From the NCBI RefSeq assembly GCF_054482595.1, contig NZ_CM137008.1: DNA of 64,000 bases; one strand, 5' to 3'. Position 1 is the stretch's first letter; each line of letters starts with the position of its first letter. A program made the translations under genes and the position numbers. This document shows positions 1-11,251 of the stretch, one piece after another. A model generated the notes under the pieces. The model saw nothing but the letters and a program-made list of their open reading frames with translations, searched no databases and was not told the origin of the DNA.

Positions 1-744
1 GAGAAAGAACTGAATAAAAAATATCTGGAAGAGCGTCTCAGCGATCAGCAGGATTATTATGCAAAGGCTGATGCTTTACGCAGTAACTGGAATGCCGGAC
101 TCCAGGAGGGGCTGACGAACTGGGCAGACAGTGCCACTGATTATGCTTCGCAGGCGGCAGATGCTGTCGTTTCCACTATGGACGGGCTGGTATCAAATAT
201 TTCCGATGCACTGGCCGGAAATGTTGTGGACTGGAGAAACTGGGGGAGTTCAATTCTCCAGGAAGTTTCAAAAATTCTGATGAACGCTGCCATCGTTAAC
301 GGGCTGAAGTCACTTTCCAAAAGCATGTCCGGTGCCGGAGGATGGCTTGGTACAGTCGGCGACTGGCTGTCCGGTGCAGTGGCAAACGCAAAAGGTGGTG
401 TTTATACATCGGCAAATCTGAGTGCTTACAGTAACACTATTGTGGATACACCGACGTATTTTGCTTTTGCGAAAGGTGCCGGGTTGATGGGCGAGGCCGG
501 GCCTGAAGCAATCATGCCACTGACACGGGCAGCGGACGGCTCTCTTGGGGTCAGGGCCATTGGAAATGTGAATGGTGGCGGTGGATTTGTTTATTCTCCC
601 GTGTATCACATCAGCATTCAGAATCAAGGGAGCAATGGCGAGATAGATGCGCGCTCAGCCAGGGGACTGGTGGATCTGATCGACAGCAGGGTTGTGTCAA
701 TTATGCAGTCATCACGTCGGGACGGAGGATTATGCAGTGCCTGA
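1..744 (+). CDS. H: Tail tape-measure protein, C-terminal part (lambda gpH-like); 5' end lies outside the window
   Basis: Frame 1 is open from position 1 to the stop at 742..744; the translation resembles the lambda H C-terminus; followed by M, L, K, I, J in lambda order. Confidence 0.8.
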   Translation, partial: EKELNKKYLEERLSDQQDYYAKADALRSNWNAGLQEGLTNWADSATDYASQAADAVVSTMDGLVSNISDALAGNVVDWRNWGSSILQEVSKILMNAAIVNGLKSLSKSMSGAGGWLGTVGDWLSGAVANAKGGVYTSANLSAYSNTIVDTPTYFAFAKGAGLMGEAGPEAIMPLTRAADGSLGVRAIGNVNGGGGFVYSPVYHISIQNQGSNGEIDARSARGLVDLIDSRVVSIMQSSRRDGGLCSA

Positions 745-1078
745 GTCTGAAGTTTTTAACTGGATCCCCCGCGAGGGGATGGAGACGACACGAAAGCCAT
801 CTGTTATTACGGTAAAGTTCGGTGACGGATATGAACAGCGACGGGCTGGTGGTCTGAATGCAGATCTGAAAACGTTTAAACCGGTATTTCGTGTCACGGA
901 TGAATATTCCCGTGCCGCGCTGGACAGTTTTTTATCCCGTCATGCCGGGGTTCGTGCTTTTTTGTGGCGTCCGCCAAAACACAACAGGACTGTCCGGGTT
1001 GTCTGCAGGGAGTGGAGCATTTCGGATAATGCCATGTATACCGATTTTAACTGTACCTTTGAAGAGGTCACTCACTGA
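737..1078 (+). CDS. M: Minor tail protein M
   Basis: Translation resembles lambda gpM; a GTG at 737 with GGAGG 8 nt upstream overlaps the H stop; the ATG at 692 in the ORF track would add an N-terminal extension inside H. Confidence 0.8.
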   Translation: MPESEVFNWIPREGMETTRKPSVITVKFGDGYEQRRAGGLNADLKTFKPVFRVTDEYSRAALDSFLSRHAGVRAFLWRPPKHNRTVRVVCREWSISDNAMYTDFNCTFEEVTH

Positions 1079-1776
1079 TGCAGGATATACAGCAGGAAAC
1101 ACTCAATGAGTGCACTAAAACGGAGCAATCCGCGCTGGTCGTGCTCTGGGAAATTGATCTGACAGAGGTCGGCGGAGATCGTTATTTCTTCTGTAATGAG
1201 CAGAACGAAAAAGGTGAACCAGTCACCTGGCAGGGGCGGCAGTATCAGGCCTATCCCATTCAGGGAAGTGGATTTGAGATGAACGGCAAAGGAGCCAGTG
1301 CAAGGCCAACGCTGAAAGTCTCTAATCTGCACGGCATGGTCACCGGGATGGCGGAAGACCTGCAGAGTCTGGTCGGCGGAACGGTGGTCAGGCGTAAGGT
1401 TTACGCCCGTTTTCTGGATGTGGTGAACTTCGTCAACGGAAACAGCGAAGCCGATCCGGAGCAGGAGGTGATCAGCCGCTGGCGCATCGAGCAGTGCAGC
1501 GAACTGAGCGCGGTGAGTGCCTCTTTTGTACTGTCCACGCCGACGGAAACGGATGGTGCTGTTTTTCCGGGACGTACCATGCTGGCCAACACCTGCACCT
1601 GGACCTATCGCGGTGATGAGTGCGGTTATCACGGTCCGGCGGTTGCGGATGAATATGACCAGCCGACGTCCGATATCACGAAGGATAAATGCAGCAAATG
1701 CCTGAGTGGTTGTAAGTTCCGCAATAACGTCGGCAACTTTGGCGGCTTCCTTTCCATTAACAAACTTTCGCAGTAA
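1078..1776 (+). CDS. L: Minor tail protein L
   Basis: 232-aa ORF resembling lambda gpL; its ATG overlaps the M stop (TGATG). Confidence 0.9.
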   Translation: MQDIQQETLNECTKTEQSALVVLWEIDLTEVGGDRYFFCNEQNEKGEPVTWQGRQYQAYPIQGSGFEMNGKGASARPTLKVSNLHGMVTGMAEDLQSLVGGTVVRRKVYARFLDVVNFVNGNSEADPEQEVISRWRIEQCSELSAVSASFVLSTPTETDGAVFPGRTMLANTCTWTYRGDECGYHGPAVADEYDQPTSDITKDKCSKCLSGCKFRNNVGNFGGFLSINKLSQ

Positions 1777-1781
1777 ATCCC

Positions 1782-2525
1782 ATGACAGAGACAGAATCAG
1801 CGATTCTGGCGCACGCCCGGCGATGTGCGCCAGCGGAGTCGTGCGGCTTCGTGGTGAGAACGCCGGAGGGGGAAAGATATTTTCCCTGCGTGAATATCTC
1901 CGGTGAGCCGGAGGATTATTTCCGGATGTCGCCTGAGGACTGGCTGCAGGCAGAGATGCAGGGTGAGATTGTGGCGCTGGTCCACAGCCACCCCGGTGGT
2001 CTGCCCTGGCTGAGTGAGGCTGACCGGCGGCTGCAGGTGCAGAGTGATTTGCCGTGGTGGCTGGTCTGCCGGGGTGAGATTCATAAATTCCGCTGTGTGC
2101 CGCATCTCACCGGGCGGCGCTTTGAGCACGGGGTGACGGACTGTTACACGCTGTTCCGGGATGCTTACCATCTGGCGGGGATTGAGATGCCGGATTTTCA
2201 TCGTGAGGATGACTGGTGGCGTAACGGCCAGAATCTCTATCTTGACAATATGGAGGCGACTGGTTTTTACCGTGTCGCACTGACAGAGGCGCAGCCGGGC
2301 GATGTGCTGCTGTGCTGTTTTGGTTCATCGGTGCCGAATCATGCCGCCATTTACTGCGGCGACGGCGAGCTGCTGCACCATATTCCTGAACAACTGAGCA
2401 AACGAGAGAGGTATACCGACAAATGGCAGCGACGCACACACTCCCTCTGGCGTCACCGGGCATGGCACGCATCTGCCTTTACGGGAATTTACAACGATTT
2501 GGCCGCCGCATCGACCTTCGTGTGA
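1782..2525 (+). CDS. K: Tail tip assembly protein K (predicted peptidase fold)
   Basis: 247-aa ORF resembling lambda gpK, including an HSHP motif. Confidence 0.9.
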   Translation: MTETESAILAHARRCAPAESCGFVVRTPEGERYFPCVNISGEPEDYFRMSPEDWLQAEMQGEIVALVHSHPGGLPWLSEADRRLQVQSDLPWWLVCRGEIHKFRCVPHLTGRRFEHGVTDCYTLFRDAYHLAGIEMPDFHREDDWWRNGQNLYLDNMEATGFYRVALTEAQPGDVLLCCFGSSVPNHAAIYCGDGELLHHIPEQLSKRERYTDKWQRRTHSLWRHRAWHASAFTGIYNDLAAASTFV

Positions 2526-3070
2526 AAACGGGGGCCGAAGCCATCCGGGCGCTGGCCATGCAGATCCCGGCGTTTCGTCAGAAACTGAGTGACGGCTGGT
2601 ATCAGGTACGGATTGCCGGGCGTGATGCAGGTGAAACCGAATTGTCTGCCCGTCTTAATGAGCCGCTGGCAAATGGTGCCGTGATCCACATCGTTCCGCG
2701 TCTGGAGGGGGCCAAAAGTGGCGGTGTGTTTCAGGCGGTGCTGGGTGCGGCGCTGATTGCGGTGGCATGGTGGAACCCTGTGGGCTGGCTGGGGGCCGCG
2801 GCTGTATCGGGTATGTATGCAGCAGGGGCCAGTATGATCCTGGGTGGTGTGGCGCAGATGCTGGCACCGAAAGCCAGGACGCCCACGGCAGCCAGTACAG
2901 ATAACGGCAAACAGAACACGTATTTCTCGTCACTGGATAACATGGTTGCCCAGGGCAATGTTCTGCCCGTTCTGTACGGTGAAATGCGTGTGGGGTCGCG
3001 GGTGGTATCTCAGGAGATCAGCACGGCAGATGAAGGTGATGGTGGTCAGGTTGTGGTGATTGGTCGCTGA
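2423..3070 (+). CDS. I: Tail tip assembly protein I
   Basis: 215-aa ORF resembling lambda gpI (MAATHTLPLASPGMARICLYG...); overlaps the 3' end of K in another frame. Confidence 0.85.
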   Translation: MAATHTLPLASPGMARICLYGNLQRFGRRIDLRVKTGAEAIRALAMQIPAFRQKLSDGWYQVRIAGRDAGETELSARLNEPLANGAVIHIVPRLEGAKSGGVFQAVLGAALIAVAWWNPVGWLGAAAVSGMYAAGASMILGGVAQMLAPKARTPTAASTDNGKQNTYFSSLDNMVAQGNVLPVLYGEMRVGSRVVSQEISTADEGDGGQVVVIGR

Positions 3071-3089
3071 TGAAAAATGTTTTATGTGA

Positions 3090-3118
3090 AACCGCCTCCG
3101 GGCGGTTTTGTCGTTTAT
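3090..3118 (+). terminator. Hairpin with interrupted T-tract between I and J; possible partial terminator
   Basis: ccgcc-tccg-ggcgg stem-loop followed by ttttgtcgttt. Confidence 0.35.
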
Positions 3119-3130
3119 GGAGCGTGAGGA

Positions 3131-6100
3131 ATGGGTAAAGGCAGCAGTAAGGGGCATACCCCGCGCGAAGCGAAGGACAACCTGAAGTCCACGCAGTTGC
3201 TGAGTGTGATTGATGCCATCAGCGAAGGTCCGGTTGAAGGTCCGGTGGATGGATTAAAAAGCGTGCTGCTGAACAGTACGCCGGTGCTGGACAGCGAGGG
3301 GAATACCAATATCTCCGGCGTCACGGTGGTGTTCCGGGCAGGCGAGCAGGAGCAGACACCGCCGGAGGGATTTGAATCCTCCGGCTCCGAGACGGTGCTG
3401 GGTACGGAAGTGAAATATGACACGCCGATCACCCGGACCATCACGTCTGCAAACATCGACCGTCTGCGTTTTACCTTCGGCGTGCAGGCACTGGTGGAAA
3501 CCACCTCAAAGGGGGACAGGAATCCGTCGGAAGTCCGCCTGCTGGTTCAGATCCAGCGTAATGGTGGCTGGGTGACGGAAAAAGACATCACCATTAAGGG
3601 CAAAACCACCTCGCAGTATCTGGCCTCGGTGGTGGTGGGTAACCTGCCGCCGCGCCCGTTTAATATCCGGATGCGCAGGATGACGCCGGACAGCACCACA
3701 GACCAGCTGCAGAACAAAACGCTCTGGTCGTCATACACCGAAATCATCGATGTGAAACAGTGCTACCCGAACACGGCACTGGTCGGCGTGCAGGTGGATT
3801 CGGAGCAGTTCGGCAGCCAGCAGGTGAGCCGTAATTATCATCTTCGCGGGCGCATTCTGCAGGTGCCGTCGAACTATAACCCGCAGACGCGGCAATACAG
3901 CGGTATCTGGGACGGAACGTTAAAACCGGCATACAGCAACAACATGGCCTGGTGTCTGTGGGATATGCTGACCCACCCGCGCTACGGCATGGGGAAACGT
4001 CTTGGTGCGGCGGATGTGGATAAATGGGCGCTGTATGTCATCGGCCAGTACTGCGACCAGTCAGTGCCGGACGGCTTTGGCGGCACGGAGCCGCGCATCA
4101 CCTGTAATGCGTACCTGACCACACAGCGCAAGGCGTGGGATGTGCTCAGTGATTTCTGCTCGGCGATGCGCTGTATGCCGGTATGGAACGGGCAGACGCT
4201 GACGTTCGTGCAGGACCGACCGTCGGATAAGGTGTGGACCTATAACCGCAGTAATGTGGTGATGCCGGATGATGGCGCGCCGTTCCGCTACAGCTTCAGC
4301 GCCCTGAAGGACCGCCATAATGCCGTTGAGGTGAACTGGATTGACCCGGACAACGGTTGGGAGACAGCGACAGAGCTTGTGGAGGACACACAGGCCATTG
4401 CCCGTTACGGTCGTAACGTCACGAAGATGGATGCCTTTGGCTGTACCAGCCGTGGGCAGGCGCACCGCGCCGGGCTGTGGCTGATTAAAACGGAACTGCT
4501 GGAGACGCAGACCGTGGATTTCAGCGTGGGTGCTGAAGGGCTTCGCCATGTACCGGGCGATGTCATTGAAATCTGCGATGATGACTATGCCGGTATCAGC
4601 ACCGGTGGTCGCGTGCTGGCGGTGAACAGCCAGACCCGGACGCTGACGCTCGACCGTGAAATCACGCTGCCATCCTCCGGTACCACGCTGATAAGCCTGG
4701 TTGACGGAAGTGGTAATCCGGTCAGCGTGGAGGTCCAGTCCGTCACCGACGGCGTGAAGGTGAAAGTGAGCCGGGTTCCTGACGGCGTTGCCGAATACAG
4801 CGTGTGGGGACTGAAGCTGCCGACGCTGCGCCAGCGCCTGTTCCGCTGTGTGAGTATCCGTGAGAATGACGACGGTACGTATGCCATCACCGCCGTGCAG
4901 CATGTACCGGCAAAAGAGGCCATCGTGGATAACGGGGCGCACTTTGACGGCGACCAGAGCGGAACGGTAAACGGTGTCACGCCGCCAGCAGTACAGCACC
5001 TGACCGCAGAAGTCACCACAGACAGCGGGGAATATCAGGTGCTGGCGCGCTGGGACACGCCGAAGGTGGTGAAGGGCGTGAGCTTCCTGCTTCGCCTGAC
5101 CGTGGCAGCGGATGACGGCAGTGAGCGGCTGGTCAGCACGGCCCGGACGACGGAAACCACATACCGCTTCACGCAGCTGGCGCTGGGGAATTACAGGCTG
5201 ACAGTCCGGGCGGTAAATGCGTGGGGACAGCAGGGCGATCCGGCATCGGTATCGTTCCGGATTGCCGCACCGGCAGCACCGTCGCGGATTGAGCTGACGC
5301 CGGGCTATTTTCAGATAACCGCCACGCCGCATCTTGCGGTTTATGATCCGACGGTACAGTTTGAGTTCTGGTTCTCGGAAAAACGGATTGCTGATATCAG
5401 GCAGGTTGAAACCAGCGCGCGTTATCTTGGTACGGCGCTGTACTGGATAGCCGCCAGTATCAATATCAAACCGGGCCATGATTATTATTTTTACGTTCGC
5501 AGTGTGAACACCGTTGGCAAATCGCCATTCGTGGAGGCTGTTGGTCAGCCGAGTGATGATGCGTCCGGCTATCTGGATTTTTTCAAAGGAGAGATAGGGA
5601 AAACCCATCTGGCTCAGGAGCTGTGGACGCAGATTGATAACGGTCAGCTTGCGCCTGACCTGACTGAAATCAGGACGTCCATAACGGATGTCAGCAATGA
5701 AATCACCCAGACCGTTAACAAGAAACTGGAAGACCAGAGTGCAGCGATCCAGCAGATACAGAAGGTTCAGGTTGATACAAATAATAACCTGAACAGCATG
5801 TGGGCAGTGAAGCTGCAGCAGATGCAGGACGGACGCCTTTATATTGCGGGTATCGGTGCCGGTATTGAGAACACCCCCGACGGCATGCAGAGTCAGGTGC
5901 TGCTGGCTGCAGACCGGGTGGCATTTATTAACCCGGCGAATGGTAACACCACTCCTGCACTGGTCACACAGGGCGGACAGACGTTTATTAATGAGGCGCT
6001 GATCAAGTTCCTTATTGCTCCCACGATTACCAGTGGTGGCAATCCTCCGGCATTCTCCCTGACACCTGACGGAAAGCTGACTGCTAAAAATGCGGATATC

Positions 6101-6607
6101 AGTGGCAGTGTGAATGCGAACGCCGGGGCGCTCAACAACGTCACGATTAATGAGAGCTGTACTATTAAGGGGATGCTTGATGCTAACCAGGTGCGTGGTG
6201 ATTTTGTAAAAACGACAGGGCATCGATTTCCGCACCCCGGAGAATACCCACAGGGTTCACTTACCGTTCATATTAAGGACGATCATGCCTTTGACAGGCA
6301 GATTATAATTCAACCAATCATGTACGGTGCACCACCATATTTTAGTAAAAATGATGGCGCTAATATCTACGATACCTGCAGATTAATTGTGCGCAAAAAT
6401 GGCAATGTAATCTATGACAAATCCACTAGTGGTTCGAAAAGGACAACAGTCGTGTACAGCAATATCATTGATATGCCAGTGGGGGACGGAGATGTAATAT
6501 TAACATTTGAAGTTCAGTCGAGCGGCAGTGGAGATCCCAGAACATGGATCAGTGATTTAATGGTCTCGGTAACGAAAAAAGCCGCATCCGGTATCAGTAT
6601 CAGTTGA
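3131..6607 (+). CDS. J: Tail tip host-specificity protein J with a divergent C-terminal receptor-binding region
   Basis: 1158-aa ORF resembling lambda gpJ over most of its length; the last ~120 codons are visibly AT-rich and unlike lambda J as I recall it. Confidence 0.9.
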   Translation: MGKGSSKGHTPREAKDNLKSTQLLSVIDAISEGPVEGPVDGLKSVLLNSTPVLDSEGNTNISGVTVVFRAGEQEQTPPEGFESSGSETVLGTEVKYDTPITRTITSANIDRLRFTFGVQALVETTSKGDRNPSEVRLLVQIQRNGGWVTEKDITIKGKTTSQYLASVVVGNLPPRPFNIRMRRMTPDSTTDQLQNKTLWSSYTEIIDVKQCYPNTALVGVQVDSEQFGSQQVSRNYHLRGRILQVPSNYNPQTRQYSGIWDGTLKPAYSNNMAWCLWDMLTHPRYGMGKRLGAADVDKWALYVIGQYCDQSVPDGFGGTEPRITCNAYLTTQRKAWDVLSDFCSAMRCMPVWNGQTLTFVQDRPSDKVWTYNRSNVVMPDDGAPFRYSFSALKDRHNAVEVNWIDPDNGWETATELVEDTQAIARYGRNVTKMDAFGCTSRGQAHRAGLWLIKTELLETQTVDFSVGAEGLRHVPGDVIEICDDDYAGISTGGRVLAVNSQTRTLTLDREITLPSSGTTLISLVDGSGNPVSVEVQSVTDGVKVKVSRVPDGVAEYSVWGLKLPTLRQRLFRCVSIRENDDGTYAITAVQHVPAKEAIVDNGAHFDGDQSGTVNGVTPPAVQHLTAEVTTDSGEYQVLARWDTPKVVKGVSFLLRLTVAADDGSERLVSTARTTETTYRFTQLALGNYRLTVRAVNAWGQQGDPASVSFRIAAPAAPSRIELTPGYFQITATPHLAVYDPTVQFEFWFSEKRIADIRQVETSARYLGTALYWIAASINIKPGHDYYFYVRSVNTVGKSPFVEAVGQPSDDASGYLDFFKGEIGKTHLAQELWTQIDNGQLAPDLTEIRTSITDVSNEITQTVNKKLEDQSAAIQQIQKVQVDTNNNLNSMWAVKLQQMQDGRLYIAGIGAGIENTPDGMQSQVLLAADRVAFINPANGNTTPALVTQGGQTFINEALIKFLIAPTITSGGNPPAFSLTPDGKLTAKNADISGSVNANAGALNNVTINESCTIKGMLDANQVRGDFVKTTGHRFPHPGEYPQGSLTVHIKDDHAFDRQIIIQPIMYGAPPYFSKNDGANIYDTCRLIVRKNGNVIYDKSTSGSKRTTVVYSNIIDMPVGDGDVILTFEVQSSGSGDPRTWISDLMVSVTKKAASGISIS

Positions 6608-6626
6608 AATTTTTATAACCCCAATA

Positions 6627-6653
6627 CGGGCGCCAGAAATGGCGCCTTTTTTA
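6627..6653 (+). terminator. Rho-independent terminator downstream of J
   Basis: gggcgcc-agaaat-ggcgcc hairpin followed by tttttt. Confidence 0.65.
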
Positions 6654-6676
6654 TTGCAGAAAAGCGAGAGGTAATT

Positions 6677-7276
6677 ATGCGTAAAGTTTGTGCAGCCATT
6701 TTTTCCGCAGCCATCTGTCTGGCCGTATCCGGTGCGCCTGCATGGGCGTCTGAACATCAGTCCACACTGAGCGCAGGGTATCTTCATGCCCGTACGAACG
6801 CACCCGGCAGCGATAATCTGAACGGGATTAACGTGAAATACCGTTATGAGTTTACGGACACACTGGGGCTGGTGACGTCATTCAGCTATGCAGGAGACAA
6901 GAATCGCCAGCTTACCCGTTACAGCGATACCCGCTGGCATGAAGATTCAGTGCGTAACCGCTGGTTCAGCGTGATGGCGGGGCCCTCTGTGCGCGTGAAT
7001 GAATGGTTCAGTGCGTATGCGATGGCGGGCGTGGCTTACAGCCGTGTGTCGACTTTTTCCGGGGATTATCTGCAGGTGACCGACAGCAAGGGGAAAACGC
7101 ACGATGTGCTGACCGGCAGTGATGACGGTCGCCACAGCAACACGTCTCTGGCGTGGGGGGCTGGCGTGCAGTTTAACCCGACCGAATCCGTGGCCATTGA
7201 TATTGCTTATGAAGGCTCCGGCAGTGGCGACTGGCGCACTGACGGTTTCATCGTGGGCGTCGGTTATAAGTTCTGA
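6677..7276 (+). CDS. lom: Lom outer-membrane protein (Ail/Lom family; prophage accessory gene)
   Basis: 199-aa ORF with signal peptide, resembling lambda Lom; RBS gagagg upstream. Confidence 0.9.
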   Translation: MRKVCAAIFSAAICLAVSGAPAWASEHQSTLSAGYLHARTNAPGSDNLNGINVKYRYEFTDTLGLVTSFSYAGDKNRQLTRYSDTRWHEDSVRNRWFSVMAGPSVRVNEWFSAYAMAGVAYSRVSTFSGDYLQVTDSKGKTHDVLTGSDDGRHSNTSLAWGAGVQFNPTESVAIDIAYEGSGSGDWRTDGFIVGVGYKF

Positions 7277-7301
7277 TTAGCCAGGTAACACAGTGTTATG
7301 A

Positions 7302-7331
7302 CAGCCCGCCGGTTCAGGCGGGCTTTTTTGT
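7302..7331 (+). terminator. Rho-independent terminator downstream of lom
   Basis: agcccgcc-ggttcag-gcgggct hairpin followed by tttttt. Confidence 0.65.
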
Positions 7332-7334
7332 GGG

Positions 7335-10259
7335 GTGAATATGGCAGTAAAGATTTCAGGTGTACTGAAAGACGGCACAGGAAAACCGGTTCAGAACTGC
7401 ACAATCCAGCTGAAAGCAAAACGTAACAGCACCACGGTGGTGGTGAACACGCTGGCCTCAGAAAATCCGGATGAAGCCGGGCGTTACAGCATGGACGTTG
7501 AGTACGGTCAGTACAGCGTTATTCTGTTGGTGGAAGGATTCCCGCCGTCACATGCCGGGACCATCACCGTGTATGAAGATTCCCAACCCGGTACGCTGAA
7601 TGATTTTCTCGGTGCCATGACGGAGGATGATGCCCGTCCGGAGGCTCTGCGCCGTTTTGAACTGATGGTGGAAGAGGTGACGCGTAACGCGTCCGCGGTG
7701 GCACAGAACACGGCAGCCGCGAAGAAGTCAGCCAGTGATGCCGGCACATCTGCCCGTGAGGCGGCAACCCATGCGACTGATGCTGCAGGCTCAGCGCGTG
7801 CAGCCAGCACGTCAGCCGGACAGGCCGCGACTTCGGCTCAGGAGGCGTCTTCCAGCGCAGGAACGGCATCAACAAAGGCCACTGAAGCATCAAAAAGTGC
7901 TGCCGCTGCAGAGTCCTCAAAAAGCGCGGCGGCCACCAGTGCCGGTGCGGCGAAAACGTCAGAAACGAATGCTGCAGCGTCACAAAAATCAGCAGCCACT
8001 TCTGCATCCACTGCGACGACGAAAGCGTCAGAAGCCGCCACTTCAGCCAGAGATGCGGCGGCCTCCAAAGAGGCGGCAAAATCATCAGAAACGAACGCCT
8101 CCACAAGCGCCAGCAGTGCAGCCTCCTCGGCAACGGCGGCAGGAAATTCCGTGAAGGCGGCAAAAACGTCCGAGACGAATGCCAGGTCTTCTGAAACGGC
8201 AGCGGAACAGAGCGCCTCAGCTGCGGCAGACTCTGAGACAGCAGCTGCATCATCGGCCCGTGAGGCGTCCATTAAGGCAGAGGAGGCAGCAGTCAGTGCC
8301 ACCGCCGCCGGAAAATCGGCAGAAAGCGCCGCATCATCCGCTTCAACAGCCACAACGAAGGCTGGCGAAGCCACTGAACAGGCCAGCGCAGCAGCGAGGT
8401 CTGCTTCCGCAGCGAAGACATCCGAAACGAACGCGAAAGCGTCGGAAACCAGCGCAGAATCCTCAAAAACGGCTGCCGCATCGTCCGCCAGTTCGGCGGC
8501 GTCATCGGCATCATCTGCGTCTGCTTCAAAAGATGAGGCGACCAGACAGGCGTCAGCAGCGAGGGGCAGCGCCACGACGGCATCCACGAAGGCGACAGAG
8601 GCTGCTGGCAGTGCGGCAGCGGCAGCACAGAGCAAAAGTACGGCGGAATCCGCGGCAACGCGCGCCGAGACAGCAGCAAAACGGGCAGAGGATATTGCAT
8701 CCGCCGTGGCGCTTGAGGATGCGAGCACGACGAAAAAGGGGATAGTACAGCTCAGCAGTGCGACCAACAGCACTTCCGAGTCACAGGCGGCAACGCCAAA
8801 AGCCGTTAAGGCCGCGTATGACCTGGCTAACGGGAAATACACCGCACAGGATGCAACGACAGCACAGAAAGGGATAGTTCAGCTCAGCAGTGCGACTAAC
8901 AGCACTTCCGAGTCACAGGCGGCAACGCCAAAAGCCGTTAAGGCCGCGTATGACCTGGCTAACGGGAAATACACCGCACAGGACGCTACGACAGCACAAA
9001 AAGGAATTGTCCAGCTCAGTAGTGCAACCAACAGCACATCTGAAACGCTTGCTGCGACACCGAAAGCAGTGAAAGCAGCTAATGACAATGCGAATGGTCG
9101 GGTACCTTCTGCCCGTAAGGTGAATGGTAAGGCGCTTTCAGCGGATATAACACTGACGCCGAAAGATATTGGTACGCTTAACTCAACAACAATGTCATTC
9201 AGCGGTGGTGCTGGTTGGTTCAAATTAGCAACGGTAACCATGCCACAGGCGAGTTCTGTTGTTTCAATTACGTTGATTGGTGGCGCTGGATTTAACGTGG
9301 GGTCACCTCAACAGGCAGGTATATCTGAACTTGTTTTACGTGCAGGTAATGGTAATCCGAAGGGGATTACTGGTGCTTTATGGCAGCGCACATCGACAGG
9401 GTTTACAAATTTTGCCTGGGTCAATACATCTGGTGATACTTACGATATTTACGTTGCAATCGGAAATTATGCGACTGGTGTAAATATTCAATGGGATTAT
9501 ACCAGTAATGCCAGCGTGACGATTCATACGTCACCAGCATATTCTGCTAATAAGCCGGAAGGGTTAACGGACGGTACAGTTTATTCACTCTATACGCCAT
9601 CAGAGCAGTTTTATCCGCCTGGCGCACCAATCCCGTGGCCATCAGATACCGTTCCGTCTGGCTATGCCCTGATGCAGGGGCAGACTTTTGACAAATCTGC
9701 CTACCCGAAACTTGCAGCCGCTTATCCGTCAGGCGTGATCCCTGATATGCGTGGCTGGACGATTAAGGGCAAGCCCGCCAGTGGTCGTGCCGTATTATCT
9801 CAGGAACAGGACGGCATTAAATCGCATACCCACAGTGCCAGTGCATCCAGTACGGATTTGGGGACGAAAACCACATCGTCGTTTGATTACGGCACTAAAT
9901 CCACGAATAACACCGGAGCGCACACCCATAGTGTCAGTGGTACGGCTGCTTCTGCAGGGGCACATACACACACGGTTGCCTGTTACCCATCTGGCAATAC
10001 CGAGCAGGGCGATAAAGCCCTCAAAGGTGCGTCTCGTGCAGGCTCGAGTACTGGCACATCGTCAGCCGGAGCGCATACCCACCCGGTGTCAGGTACTGCT
10101 GCAAGTGCAGGTGCACACGCGCATACTGTCGGTATTGGTGCTCATACGCACTCCGTTGCGATTGGCTCACACGGACACACCATCACCGTTAACGCTGCTG
10201 GTAACGCGGAAAACACCGTCAAAAACATCGCATTTAACTATATTGTGAGGCTTGCATAA
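7335..10259 (+). CDS. stf: Side tail fibre protein (Stf-like) with Ala/Ser/Thr-rich shaft, 44-aa tandem repeats and His-rich C-terminal repeats
   Basis: 974-aa ORF; N-terminus resembles lambda Stf; long low-complexity A/S/T region; three 44-aa repeats; C-terminal GAHTHxV repeats. Confidence 0.85.
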   Translation: MNMAVKISGVLKDGTGKPVQNCTIQLKAKRNSTTVVVNTLASENPDEAGRYSMDVEYGQYSVILLVEGFPPSHAGTITVYEDSQPGTLNDFLGAMTEDDARPEALRRFELMVEEVTRNASAVAQNTAAAKKSASDAGTSAREAATHATDAAGSARAASTSAGQAATSAQEASSSAGTASTKATEASKSAAAAESSKSAAATSAGAAKTSETNAAASQKSAATSASTATTKASEAATSARDAAASKEAAKSSETNASTSASSAASSATAAGNSVKAAKTSETNARSSETAAEQSASAAADSETAAASSAREASIKAEEAAVSATAAGKSAESAASSASTATTKAGEATEQASAAARSASAAKTSETNAKASETSAESSKTAAASSASSAASSASSASASKDEATRQASAARGSATTASTKATEAAGSAAAAAQSKSTAESAATRAETAAKRAEDIASAVALEDASTTKKGIVQLSSATNSTSESQAATPKAVKAAYDLANGKYTAQDATTAQKGIVQLSSATNSTSESQAATPKAVKAAYDLANGKYTAQDATTAQKGIVQLSSATNSTSETLAATPKAVKAANDNANGRVPSARKVNGKALSADITLTPKDIGTLNSTTMSFSGGAGWFKLATVTMPQASSVVSITLIGGAGFNVGSPQQAGISELVLRAGNGNPKGITGALWQRTSTGFTNFAWVNTSGDTYDIYVAIGNYATGVNIQWDYTSNASVTIHTSPAYSANKPEGLTDGTVYSLYTPSEQFYPPGAPIPWPSDTVPSGYALMQGQTFDKSAYPKLAAAYPSGVIPDMRGWTIKGKPASGRAVLSQEQDGIKSHTHSASASSTDLGTKTTSSFDYGTKSTNNTGAHTHSVSGTAASAGAHTHTVACYPSGNTEQGDKALKGASRAGSSTGTSSAGAHTHPVSGTAASAGAHAHTVGIGAHTHSVAIGSHGHTITVNAAGNAENTVKNIAFNYIVRLA
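8739..9134 (+). repeat. Three tandem copies of a 132-bp (44-codon) unit inside stf; copies 1 and 2 nearly identical, copy 3 diverged
   Basis: Units begin at 8741, 8873 and 9005 (gatagtacagctcagcagtg... / gatagttcagctcagcagtg... / gaattgtccagctcagtagtg...); each encodes [25 protein letters not shown]. Confidence 0.85.
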
Positions 10260-10843
10260 TGGCATTCAGAATGAGTGAACAACCACGGACCATAACAATT
10301 TATAATCTGCTGGCCGGAACTAATGAATTTATTGGTGAAGGTGACGCATACATTCCGCCTCATACAGGTCTGCCAGCAAACAGTACCGATATTGCACCGC
10401 CAGATATTCCGGCTGGCTTCGTGGCTGTTTTCAACAGTGATGAGGCATCGTGGCATCTTGTTGAAGACCATCGGGGTAAAACAGTTTATGACGTGGCATC
10501 AGGGAACGCGTTATTTATTTCTGAACTCGGCTCATTACCGGAAAATGTTACCTGGTTATCCCCGGCAGGGGAGTTTCAGAAGTGGAACGGCACAGCCTGG
10601 GTGAAGGATACGGAAGCAGAAAAACTGTTCCGGATCCGGGAGGCGGAAGAAACAAAAAACAGCCTGATGCAGGTAGCCAGTGAGCATATAGCGCCGCTTC
10701 AGGATGCTGTAGATCTGGAGATCGCAACGGAGGAAGAAAACTCGTTGCTGGAAGCCTGGAAAAAGTATCGGGTGTTGCTGAACCGTGTTGACACATCAAC
10801 TGCACCTGATATTGAGTGGCCGGAAGAACCAGACACAATGTAA
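10259..10843 (+). CDS. tfa: Tail fibre assembly protein (Tfa)
   Basis: 194-aa ORF resembling lambda Tfa; its ATG overlaps the stf stop (TAATG). Confidence 0.9.
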   Translation: MAFRMSEQPRTITIYNLLAGTNEFIGEGDAYIPPHTGLPANSTDIAPPDIPAGFVAVFNSDEASWHLVEDHRGKTVYDVASGNALFISELGSLPENVTWLSPAGEFQKWNGTAWVKDTEAEKLFRIREAEETKNSLMQVASEHIAPLQDAVDLEIATEEENSLLEAWKKYRVLLNRVDTSTAPDIEWPEEPDTM

Positions 10844-11189
10844 GCGAAAAAGAAAAACCGCAGACACGACGTATGCAGGACGTGCTGCGGTTGGCTGGTG
10901 AACTTTCGATAGTGCGAGTATTGAATGATTTCCAGCCGTTACCGATTTTATATAACTGCAGTGGAATTATTCAACACACAGGCAAAACGGAATAAGCTGA
11001 GAAAAAAGCGTGCTTTCCCAATCTGGGGCAAATCACGTCTGAATGACACCTGAAAACAGGTGGTGGACTCAAGACGGCTTGGAATATTCTTCTTTAATGT
11101 TATGTAATTCATTGATTTTTCGTGTACGATTTTAAGACATTTATTCCAAGAAAAATTTTTAACTCTTTGATTTTTCGACTCTGTATCAT

Positions 11190-11251
11190 CGGTCTCGAAA
11201 ACCGGAGTAGGGGCAACTCTACCGGGGGTTCAAATCCCCCTCTCTCCGCCA
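11190..11251 (+). other. serU: 3' fragment (62 nt) of a tRNA-Ser gene: anticodon arm, variable arm, T-arm and 3' acceptor strand ending CCA; read as the prophage attR core
   Basis: cggtctcgaaaaccggagtaggggcaactctaccgggggttcaaatccccctctctccgcca matches the 3' two-thirds of E. coli tRNA-Ser(CGA) as I recall it; the upstream sequence does not match the 5' acceptor/D-arm. Confidence 0.8.

Larger units (their letters stand above)
1..11251. mobile_element. Right arm of a lambda-like prophage (tail tip, host-specificity and tail-fibre genes) ending at attR in a tRNA-Ser gene; extends left beyond the window
   Basis: Contiguous lambda gene order H-M-L-K-I-J-lom-stf-tfa, followed by a 62-nt 3' tRNA-Ser fragment at 11190..11251 and then host gene yodB. 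Confidence 0.85.

Noticed and set aside
692-736. ATG at 692 as the gpM start
   Set aside because: It would add 15 residues encoded within the 3' end of H; the GTG at 737 has a GGAGG RBS at the right spacing and gives a lambda-M-sized protein. Kept as an alternative.
4061-6235. 724-aa ORF on the minus strand inside gpJ
   Set aside because: Fully antisense to a well-supported tail-protein gene; translation is Arg/His/Cys/Pro-rich junk typical of the reverse frame of GC-rich coding DNA; no RBS or recognisable domain.
7508-8842. Several long ORFs (100-334 aa, both strands) overlapping the stf shaft region
   Set aside because: Produced by the repetitive GC-rich Ala/Ser codon runs of the tail-fibre shaft; translations are homopolymer-like (poly-Ala, or Arg/Pro/Gln-rich); the stf frame carries the recognisable conserved termini.
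8739-9134. CRISPR-like array (regularly spaced repeats)
   Set aside because: The 132-bp units are contiguous tandem coding repeats inside stf with no spacers and no cas genes nearby.
11190-11251. Complete tRNA-Ser gene
   Set aside because: Only the 3' ~62 nt match; the 5' acceptor strand and D-arm are absent, so this is read as a displaced att core, not a functional tRNA.
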